A DNA stretch of 64,000 nucleotides from contig OW569388.1 in the NCBI GenBank assembly GCA_937625935.1, forward strand, positions 248,001-312,000, read 5' to 3'. Below are positions 52,784-61,831 of the stretch, piece after piece. The position numbers and the translations under genes were made by a program. Position 1 is the stretch's first letter; the number at the start of each line of letters is the position of its first letter. Source of the DNA: Tetramitus jugosus. Taxonomy: Eukaryota > Protista > Heterolobosea. Under the pieces are notes generated by a model, which was given only the letters and a program-made list of their open reading frames with translations, had not been told where the DNA came from and made no database searches.

Positions 52784-53932
52784 TCACTCCATTGGTTCGC
52801 TTTCATCCTCATTTATCAAACTTCGCAAATCAATATCGGTTTCACAATCCTTCACATCGCAAAGATAGAGTGCATGACCGGGAACGACAGTCAAATGCGT
52901 CTGAAAACTCCTATCATCTCTCAATCGTTTCAAGTCTTCCAACGACAATTTTCCTTCGCCTACCTTGATTAGAGCTGCAACCATGTATCGAATTTGATTG
53001 TGCAAAAAGGATTGACCTTTCACGTGGAACTGAATCTCTCGCACTTGCTTCTTCTTCTCTTCACCAAAACTGTTGACAATAAATTGTGGAATCGGCTCTT
53101 CCAACACATCGAATTGATGAATGAGACGAACAGGGTTCTTTCGTGTGCGCACCAGCGAACTAATCTTGCAAAAATTGGAAAAATTGTGTTGTCCAACGAG
53201 CATGGATGCTCCCTGTTTCATTCGATCCAAATCCATCTTTTGATCCTTGCGTATAAAGTGCACTTGATTATGCAACAATGGATGATCCATAATCTGTGCA
53301 TCAAACTCCCTTGCAGTGTGTTCAATGACGCGATACACATACGTTCTTTCATAGGCACAGTACCGAGAGATGAAAAAACTTGGAACGAGCTTGACTTGAT
53401 TGACTCTCAAATGATTCACTTGATTCATTGTTCTCAATTGAGAATTGAGAGCTTTTTGAATCATATTGGGAGTAATGGACTCTGAGTGTGTCACATCCAC
53501 ATGACAAGTGTTGCACAGAGCATGGACTTGAGCATCTGTGCGTGAAGAACCAAAAATCTTGATGTTGCTTGTCTGTGCTTCCACAAACAAATCATTCAGT
53601 GCATTGAAGCACTCTTGTAAAGTTCCTTGGACGGTTAAATTTTGGCGCGAAAAAATCTCCGCTGTAAACATGTGCTTGTTTTTCTCCGTTTTCACTATCG
53701 GAGTATTTTGAACTTGAAAACCAGAAAACATGCAACCATTGTAGCTGAAGCTAATCTTGTATCGAAACGTTCTTTTTTGAGTTTTTTGATCTTGATCATC
53801 GATGATTGGTGTTGTGTGGCTATTGGAAGAATAACATGATTGATTATTTTTTCTAAAAAGGCAAGCAGTATGCTGAAAATTTGTGTTTCTGATTGCTTGA
53901 AGTGATCTTTTCACACGAGACAATTTTTGCAT
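52784..53932 (-). CDS. tRNA pseudouridine synthase, TruA family
   Basis: SYNG..FSGFQ.Q, SSRTDAQVHA (catalytic Asp), RTYVY, GQHNFSNF, SFLHNQIRYMV. Confidence 0.93.
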   Translation of the reverse strand: MQKLSRVKRSLQAIRNTNFQHTACLFRKNNQSCYSSNSHTTPIIDDQDQKTQKRTFRYKISFSYNGCMFSGFQVQNTPIVKTEKNKHMFTAEIFSRQNLTVQGTLQECFNALNDLFVEAQTSNIKIFGSSRTDAQVHALCNTCHVDVTHSESITPNMIQKALNSQLRTMNQVNHLRVNQVKLVPSFFISRYCAYERTYVYRVIEHTAREFDAQIMDHPLLHNQVHFIRKDQKMDLDRMKQGASMLVGQHNFSNFCKISSLVRTRKNPVRLIHQFDVLEEPIPQFIVNSFGEEKKKQVREIQFHVKGQSFLHNQIRYMVAALIKVGEGKLSLEDLKRLRDDRSFQTHLTVVPGHALYLCDVKDCETDIDLRSLINEDESEPME

Positions 53933-54226
53933 TTTGTTTCTTTGCGATGGCGGAGTTATGGAGGAGAAAAGAAAAAACTTATTGTGCCGCCAAAAATATT
54001 TCCTTTTGGGCTGGCACCGTTACGTTCATTACAGGTGAAGAAGTTCGTGTAGAAATTGTCCATAACAGAAGCTTTGAGACAGTTAAAATCATAGAATGAA
54101 GAAAATGAACAATATGAGTGTATGTAGCTTCTTTCCTCTTTTGTAAACACCTTCTGTGTGTGAGTAAAGTACTCTGACTCCATCTGTTGTGTGGTTGTGT
54201 GGAGATACCTATAGTTTCAATCTCCA

Positions 54227-55741
54227 ATGGATCATTCTTATCACTATGTCGATGAAGATGAAGAATTGAATGACCACAGTTTCTCCAAACCCCCGAGGAC
54301 CAAGAGCGCTCATGTTGTACCGCTGAGTCATCAGCAACCTCCGACTCCTCAAAATCCATATCTCTATGGTATTCCATCGAATCAAGCACAATCAGGACCT
54401 CAGCAAGTGTTACAGCAACAGCAGTTTCAACAACAAAAGCAGCAACAAAGTTTGAATAATTCTCATTTGAGCGACAGAAGTTTCCAGCAAGACGTGAGCA
54501 CTTACAATGAGAGAATAAAGCAATTGACTGCATTTAGTCATTCCAAGACTCAATTGGCAGAACAATTGCAACAGGACTTGAAGAGAGCTAATATGGAAAA
54601 TGATCAATTGCAACAAGAAATAGAACTGTTGAAGAGGGAGTGTTCCGTCAAGCAACAACTTCAAAAAGACTTGGAGAAACAAGCAAGGGTCGAAGAAACT
54701 CTCAGAAGAGAGTTGGGTGAGTTGAAAGATGACCACAACCGGAAAACGTCAGAGTTACTTGAGATACAAAGTGTTCAAGATGAACTGTTAAAGGCAATTG
54801 CTGAGAACAAGTTGAAGCTTGAAGAACAAGCAGGAAAGAGCCGAGGAACCGAAAACGAAATCAATCAACTCACAAAGGAGAGAGATCGACTAGAGTTGTT
54901 GGTATCATCTATGGAGAATGAGAGAAAGAGCTACGAGAGAAATCTAATGGATCAGAGAAGGGATTTGACAGAAATCATGGAACAAAGAGAGAGAGAAAGC
55001 CAAGAACACATCGATGGTATCTCAGAAAAGCTGTCGCATTACACAGAACTCTCATCAAAACTCGAAGAGGAATTAAGTGATGCTCGGAACGAGATTGATT
55101 ACTTGAAGGATATTTCAGGCAGGGCACAAAGCTTGGAGGAGCAAGTGAAAAAGCTGTCCCACACATGCAAAAACACCGAATCAGAGAGAGATTCACTGTT
55201 GACAGCAGAACGAGGATATCAAGACACAATCTCTCAACTGGAGGGTTCTTTGTTGCACCAACAGAGTTACACCCAGAAATTGGAGTTGAAACTAGACGAA
55301 ATGAAGAAGGATGTTGACACAAAGGCTCAACACATCACGAATATGAAGTCTCAGATCAATCAATTGAGTGAAACCAGAACCCAAGAAAAGAATCACAATG
55401 AGTTACATGTTCAGAGCTTGTTGAAGATTCTCCAGAGTTTGAAGGTTGAGATAAGTAAGAAGGATGAAATCATTGCTACTCAAAAACTAACTGATCCTGT
55501 ACTACTACCGACAAAGTCAGACAACAACTCGGAAAATGAACGATTGAAGCGAGAACTGAAGTCGTGCCAAGAAGTGATCTCAACTTTGAAGAATACCAAT
55601 TCCAAACTTGAGGAAAGGCTGGAGAAGGATCATAAGATTATCAGCGCACTTGAGGCCAAGTTGAACAAAGTTAAGGAGGATCGCAATCTCCTAGCAGAAA
55701 TTGTGAGCAGCTTCAAGAACAAAAACAAAGCCAATCAATAG
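54227..55741 (+). CDS. coiled-coil protein
   Basis: 504-aa ORF dominated by heptad repeats. Confidence 0.75.
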   Translation: MDHSYHYVDEDEELNDHSFSKPPRTKSAHVVPLSHQQPPTPQNPYLYGIPSNQAQSGPQQVLQQQQFQQQKQQQSLNNSHLSDRSFQQDVSTYNERIKQLTAFSHSKTQLAEQLQQDLKRANMENDQLQQEIELLKRECSVKQQLQKDLEKQARVEETLRRELGELKDDHNRKTSELLEIQSVQDELLKAIAENKLKLEEQAGKSRGTENEINQLTKERDRLELLVSSMENERKSYERNLMDQRRDLTEIMEQRERESQEHIDGISEKLSHYTELSSKLEEELSDARNEIDYLKDISGRAQSLEEQVKKLSHTCKNTESERDSLLTAERGYQDTISQLEGSLLHQQSYTQKLELKLDEMKKDVDTKAQHITNMKSQINQLSETRTQEKNHNELHVQSLLKILQSLKVEISKKDEIIATQKLTDPVLLPTKSDNNSENERLKRELKSCQEVISTLKNTNSKLEERLEKDHKIISALEAKLNKVKEDRNLLAEIVSSFKNKNKANQ

Positions 55742-55863
55742 TAAAATTGAATTATGTCTCAAGATCCTGCCAGGTCTGGATTTCCCCCACTTCTAATAAC
55801 ATTTTACTCAGTAAGAGTAAAAACAATCCAAACCATCAAATATCCACCACATCACCGAAAAAC

Positions 55864-57852
55864 ATGCGATCATTTTGTCCAAACGGAACAGTTGACCCAC
55901 AGCAGCACTTTTTTGTGAGTCCCACGAAATGGAATGAAGAACATCTACTTCCTAGGCTACTCAATGGAGCTGACACAGCGCTTATTGCACCCAGTCAAAC
56001 TGGTAAGACAACAAGAGTCGCCACTTTGAAGCAACAATTATTGACTTGTGATACAGTTCTTCCCCTCTATGTTGACATTTCTATGGTAGTAACCAGTCAG
56101 TCTCCATTCTTCGACAGTTTTGTTCGTTCACTGAGGGATGCCATACTAGTCTCAACCCATCATCATCATGTTAATATCACAGCAAAGGATTGGGGAACAC
56201 TCTTTAGGGCTGAAAATGATTGGTTTTTTGGAAAGGAAGTCATTCTTCTCTTGGATGAAATCGATGCGTTAAGTGCAAGTAGTAATCAAGAGCGACTCCT
56301 ATTTCTATCAGCACTAAGGAGTATTAAGCAAAGTCGTATTGAATCGTCAATCTATGGCTTGCGCTCTGTACTCATTGTCACAAATCACTTGGGTACTTAT
56401 TTGCAAGATACTATCGGTAACTCGCCATTTAATATCAATGATATGCTTGAAGCACCATATTTTACGCAAGAAGAATTTAATTCATTATTGGGTCAGTATG
56501 AAACACAAGAACAGATCACAATTAATGACAAAATCAAAACGGACATGTATAAGAACACATGTGGTGCTCAAGGGTTATCAGTGATGTACGCAAGTAATTT
56601 TCATTATCTCAGACAGAGAGAAGAAAGAAATCCATCCTTTTCTGACTGGCTTAACTTCTCCAACTCCAATGATTTTGTCACGAGAATCATGACATACCCT
56701 AATTACTCACGAATGATTCGAATGATCGAGGGCGATAATGAGAGCAAACAAGTTTTGGTACAAATGTTTTATGCTCCTGATCGAGTACAAAAAATCCCTG
56801 CAAATTTGATTACCTCTAATGCTTTGTTGAAGAGTGGAGTCTTCGCTAATCCATTTGTTCGCACCTTAATTGCCAGTTCATTATATTCTCCATCTCCACC
56901 CAGTATCTATGCATTTCCACTGAACGGAGAGCGCGTAGATATGTACCAAGTTATTTGTGATGCTATTTCATGTATGAATCCATTGGAGATTGCTGGTGCA
57001 CCTAAAAAGAAGAAGACTTATTGTTTGCAAAATCCAATAGACAAAGGACCCAAAGAGATTGTTTATGTGCTTGCCTTTAAGAGAGCTTTGGAGAATATGC
57101 TTATGAATTATAGGCTTCAAATACACCCAGAATATGAGGTGGAGGGTAAATCGTGTGATATGGTCTTATCAATCCACGGGGAAACAATAGCAATAGAACA
57201 CGGTGCAAACTTGATTGTGACTCCAAAAAGCAAAGAAAGAATGAGTGTAGAGCACCATGTTAAATCACAAGCCGAATATTACCATACTGGTTTAAAAGCA
57301 CATCAAACGTGGATGATAAATTGGACTACAGTTCCAAATGGTCATGGAGCTCAGCAAGTTCAATATTACTTTCCCAAGTCTGACACGGTAAACACCTTGT
57401 ACATTTACCATGATACACTATTCAAGAAGATTGAAGTAGAATCGAAGATGCACTCGATTACTATTGATATACCATTTCTTGACCTCAAAGCTCGAGATCA
57501 CAATTATGAATCACAATTGTCCCAAAGAATATTAGAGCCAGAATCGAAGAGGAGAAAGTATAATCATTTGTCCTTTCCGAATACTTCAGTCTCGCATGAA
57601 GCAAGTAAGCGCTATATCAAAGTTAGAAAACATGAAAAAAAGAAGGGTAGCATTCTAGTAGATGTATCTGATGAGGTTAAAGATGTTACTGCTTTGTTGG
57701 ACTTGATATGTGAGAAATTAACTGAAGATAAGGGAACAAGGGTTACATTGAGAACTGCCGATGAGGATGAATCTTTGATACAGGACTTGAAACACTTGCA
57801 ATTTGGCAAGTTGTATCATGCCCTCAAACAAGACCAAGAGGATATGTATTAG
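55864..57852 (+). CDS. P-loop NTPase + PD-(D/E)XK nuclease-like (Crinkler-type) protein with C-terminal Ubl-like domain
   Basis: Walker A APSQTGKTT, Walker B ILLLDEID, PKE.VY..F, PEY...CDMVL...IAIE, H..QA.YY, WMINWT; NLS-like SKRRK. First ATG at 55864. Confidence 0.8.
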   Translation: MRSFCPNGTVDPQQHFFVSPTKWNEEHLLPRLLNGADTALIAPSQTGKTTRVATLKQQLLTCDTVLPLYVDISMVVTSQSPFFDSFVRSLRDAILVSTHHHHVNITAKDWGTLFRAENDWFFGKEVILLLDEIDALSASSNQERLLFLSALRSIKQSRIESSIYGLRSVLIVTNHLGTYLQDTIGNSPFNINDMLEAPYFTQEEFNSLLGQYETQEQITINDKIKTDMYKNTCGAQGLSVMYASNFHYLRQREERNPSFSDWLNFSNSNDFVTRIMTYPNYSRMIRMIEGDNESKQVLVQMFYAPDRVQKIPANLITSNALLKSGVFANPFVRTLIASSLYSPSPPSIYAFPLNGERVDMYQVICDAISCMNPLEIAGAPKKKKTYCLQNPIDKGPKEIVYVLAFKRALENMLMNYRLQIHPEYEVEGKSCDMVLSIHGETIAIEHGANLIVTPKSKERMSVEHHVKSQAEYYHTGLKAHQTWMINWTTVPNGHGAQQVQYYFPKSDTVNTLYIYHDTLFKKIEVESKMHSITIDIPFLDLKARDHNYESQLSQRILEPESKRRKYNHLSFPNTSVSHEASKRYIKVRKHEKKKGSILVDVSDEVKDVTALLDLICEKLTEDKGTRVTLRTADEDESLIQDLKHLQFGKLYHALKQDQEDMY

Positions 57853-58399
57853 GAAACCTCCTTCGTCGACAGACAGCAATTTAAATCTTAGGTTCTAGAA
57901 TTTATATTACTGTAAATACTTTGATTCTGTTCTTTGTACGAATTGAATTTTGACAACGACCAACCATTATCATATTTTGGATCCAATTTTCTGCCAACAT
58001 TCTAGCGAACCGACCCTCATCCAATGAATCTTACCATTGACAGTAAAGTTATCTCAAAGGCCTTTTTATCCAGTTTTGCCTCAATCTCATCGGCGCAAGT
58101 TCCTATTCTTTGTCAATGTCACAATACTGAATAGAACTTGATCATATTTGCAAACTCTCTCTGAATCGAGAGAATGATTGCTCAGATATCTCACAGTATT
58201 GTTGTTGAACATCGTCGGTCATTTGCTTACATTTTTCCGAGTCCAAAAGATAGATTGGAGGGACAGGGCAGCTGACATGAATTGAACCAGTTGGTTTCGG
58301 AGTTCGCGGAATTCAAATGCGCCAGAGACTACCTGTCGAGCGAGATAACCCTGCTGAGCGAATACGCATATTTCACACGCACGAAACAAAACAAACTCC

Positions 58400-60163
58400 A
58401 TGACCCTCCTGAACACCCTTCTGATTGTGCTCAGTTGTTGTCTGACACTTGCCCTAATGACAAGAGCCACCTCACAATTCACTCAAACCATCCATTGGAG
58501 TGAAGACAAGTTGGTGGACAATCGAACTGTGATTAACTCTGACACATTGCTGATTATTGACCCTGGTGTAACAGTTACTCTCCGGAATTATTCCACAATT
58601 CACATTCTTGGTGCACTCAAGGCTGTAGGCACTGCACAAAAGAGAATTGTGTTGCAAAGTGACGATGGATTAATATCCATGTATGGTGATATGATTGTAT
58701 TCTCGTCCACTGCAGATTTGGACCAATCTGAGCTGTCTTTTGTGGATTTGGTGAATTTTAATTCTGTGGGAATTGATGAAACTTTGCAAAAGAAGGATGC
58801 CACTTTGAATGTGAAGAATATCAAATGGGAGAGAGGAAGTGGCTTTTCTGTCGACACAGCCACGCTGAACATTGAGAATTCTCAGTTTGTGAACGTGGAC
58901 AGAGCCATTTCTTTCTCTGGCAAGAAACTATCGGTGAAGAACTCCAAGTTCTTCTTTGATGAAAGACAGACAAAGGTGCGGTCATCGACTAAAATGCTGG
59001 GTCTTGGTTGCTCCTCTCCAGCTGCATTTTACTCTGCTAATGGTGATGAATATGATATAGTCATCGAAGGAAATATGTTTTCAAATGTGACTGGTGGGTT
59101 TATATCTTCTCACAACTGTATGAGCGTATCCATCAAGAACAATACTTTCTCAGAGTGCAGTGGTAACTGTCAGTCCTGTCTGGGTCAGTGTATCGCTATG
59201 AGTGGAGATCAGCAATCCATCTCAGTTGTCCCCAAGGTACACATTGTTGGCAACACTTTTGAAAAGTATAGGTTCCATGCCATTGAACTCCCACACGGCA
59301 GAATAGAGCAAAACAAGTTTTCGAACAGTGATCACCAATCTATCCGTGTGAATGATCCCATTTTGGAGAATAGTGAGTTGGTTGTTCTGAAAAATATCTT
59401 CTTCCGGGTCTCAGCAACACTCAATCTCATGTACCCTCTCTTAATGTTATCACCCACTTTTAGGTATCAGAGACCAGTGACTTTCTCGGGAAATGTAGTA
59501 GCTCAGTGTGAATTGAAGACGTCAGCGTCAATGGCTCTCCTCAGTATCTGGGCTCCTCTCGGCTGTACAAGCACTGGAGCAATGGTGACCATTGAAGACA
59601 ATGAGTTTTCCTCCAATGTTGGTCAAGTTGTTAATATGCAATTTGATGTTAATCTTCCCTCAACAATCAACATGCATAGGAACACCTTCTTTAACAACAC
59701 TGCCCAACCTCAATTGGTCCAATATTATGCTTCCTTCAAATCAGTTATGGTCACTGCTCAGTTCGGCATGACTCAAAACTCATTTGCAAGCAACACACAA
59801 CTTTACTTGCTGTCTGTTACAGATTCCAGAAGTGGTGAGCAGCCTTCTGTTGTGACCAATGCCACGTTGAACTTTTGGCAAAGCCCAACCAAAGTGAAAG
59901 ACCACATTTTTGATTCCTTTGGTGGTGCGCAAGTGACTTACATTCCATGGCTGAAAACTTCCAACTTTGGGGACCTGTCCAAGAAGAATCTATGTTATCC
60001 TGAGAGTGCTACTCCTGGCTGGACCTCTTTTGAAATTGGACTACTCGTGTTTGGAGGAATTTGTGTCGTTATCCTCTTGGTTGGTGGTCTGGTTGGCGGC
60101 CTCTTTTTCATGAAGAAGAAACAGCAAGAAAGTCGAGCTGAGAATCAACGGCTGTGGGAATAA
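58400..60163 (+). CDS. type I membrane protein with right-handed beta-helix repeats
   Basis: Signal peptide; LIIDPGVTV..I.G.L.A.GT....I; repeated I..N.F motifs; C-terminal TM. Confidence 0.82.
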   Translation: MTLLNTLLIVLSCCLTLALMTRATSQFTQTIHWSEDKLVDNRTVINSDTLLIIDPGVTVTLRNYSTIHILGALKAVGTAQKRIVLQSDDGLISMYGDMIVFSSTADLDQSELSFVDLVNFNSVGIDETLQKKDATLNVKNIKWERGSGFSVDTATLNIENSQFVNVDRAISFSGKKLSVKNSKFFFDERQTKVRSSTKMLGLGCSSPAAFYSANGDEYDIVIEGNMFSNVTGGFISSHNCMSVSIKNNTFSECSGNCQSCLGQCIAMSGDQQSISVVPKVHIVGNTFEKYRFHAIELPHGRIEQNKFSNSDHQSIRVNDPILENSELVVLKNIFFRVSATLNLMYPLLMLSPTFRYQRPVTFSGNVVAQCELKTSASMALLSIWAPLGCTSTGAMVTIEDNEFSSNVGQVVNMQFDVNLPSTINMHRNTFFNNTAQPQLVQYYASFKSVMVTAQFGMTQNSFASNTQLYLLSVTDSRSGEQPSVVTNATLNFWQSPTKVKDHIFDSFGGAQVTYIPWLKTSNFGDLSKKNLCYPESATPGWTSFEIGLLVFGGICVVILLVGGLVGGLFFMKKKQQESRAENQRLWE

Positions 60164-60813
60164 TTTACTAAGTGTAATAAGAATCGATTGTTAAGTACTG
60201 TCTTCTTGGTGTTTGTCTTCGTCATGTTTATGCTGCTTCGAAACTCCTCATTGTAAGTTCACCTTGATCGGAAGGATGCTATTTCTTTTACGGCGAATCT
60301 GAAGCGCTGCCTAGTAACTTACAACATTCAATAAGAATACAGAAACATGTAGAGTGTAGTTGATCATCGGCATATTCTTGAAAAATAAATAGAAGTCAGA
60401 CGTCATCAGATACATTAAATAATGTTGATGTGAGTAAGGCCGAAAAGGTGTTTCCATGAAGAATGTGTTTGATCCCAGTGATGAAGACAAGGATGAAGAT
60501 ATTGCTTTTTTGGTGGGTGATTATGCTACTGATGAGATTGAGACTAGTTAATGAAAGTTGCAGGCGAATACCGACCTCCAATGATTTCAAAGTGAGCGGC
60601 TCAAATGGTTCATAATCTTCGAACACTGTTATTGTCAAGCAAAGAGACATATCCATGCTTCAACAAGGATCAACGAATACAATGATGCACAAATTTCCGA
60701 TCGTGTCAAACGTCAAGTTTTCAGAAAAGTTGTACTATTTCTCCACGGTAAAAAATCCACCCGCCACACAAAAACAAACAAAATCAACAGAGACACAGAC
60801 AACGTTTTTTAAC

Positions 60814-61401
60814 ATGAGCAAAATCACCATTGAAATCGCCCAAGAATCCCACAACAAGTACGGTTACTTGGAAAAGGCAAAGCAAACCATTCAACTTGAG
60901 ATTGACCTCAATAACACCAACAAAACGGTTCAAGACTATGCACTTGAAGCTGCTACTCTCCTTGGATTTGGAAGCTATGCAAACATCAAGGACCAACTAG
61001 AATTCAGAACGATTGGAACTGGAATCATGAGAGGAGACATTATTGAGTTGGACCAGATGATCAATGGACAAAAGTATTTGCTTTGTTTGATTGATAAGAA
61101 TGTATGTTGATTTTTGGTGATTTTTTTGTGGTGTAGCTATGTGAGCTTTTTTTGCTTGTGGTGGTTCACATGTGTGCAAAAGCTTTTTTGTGAAAAGCTC
61201 AGAAAAATATTTTTTTCTGCTGGTGCGCGAAAGCTAACACGGTATTTTTTTTTCGTTGTTGTTGTTGTTGTGTAGACCTCCAAGAGAGTGACTGAAAAGA
61301 CAGTGTTTGACAATGTGAACAAGGCATTGAACATGGGAAAATATCACACTGATCCAGTGTTTGAAGACAATCGTTATGTTGATGAGTCTGAATGGGATTA
61401 A
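60814..61401 (+). CDS. 137-aa protein ending in an acidic-Trp motif (exons 60814-61101, 61276-61401)
   Basis: Intron 61102-61275 has GTATGT, branch point GCTAAC, a T-rich tract and TAG. Exon 2 reads TSKRVTEKTVFDNVNKALNMGKYHTDPVFEDNRYVDESEWD*. Confidence 0.75.
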
Positions 61402-61831
61402 AAAAAACTTGTCTTTTTCTCTCTGCGCACAGAGACATCCATCTGTACTACACAGATACATGATGATTTATACGATGGTGATGACACAAACGCACCTCAC
61501 TCATGTATCATCCATTTGTAATTTATTACCATAAAATGCCTCATCCTTCCAACATGGGGGAACACACGAAAAAAAAAATTATTCACAACAACAAAAAAAC
61601 ACGTCCACACACAAGAACAATTTTTTCTCCTACTAATTTATTCAACATCAACATCATCACCAATAACAACATACAATAATGTTTTCCTTTCAAAAACTAG
61701 ATCATCAAAATGTTCTACAAGATGGTGTTTTACGTGGTTCACCTCTTCTCTCCTATCTCACCAAACACAACAACAACAACACTAGTAGTAGTAGTAGTAG
61801 CAAAAACAATAATAATAATAACAATAATCAC

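Noticed and set aside
57860-58230. Coding-like but stop-ridden intergenic stretches (also about 34600-34840 and 60400-60650)
   Set aside because: They may be pseudogene relics, but I recognise no family and cannot support a call without TBLASTX.
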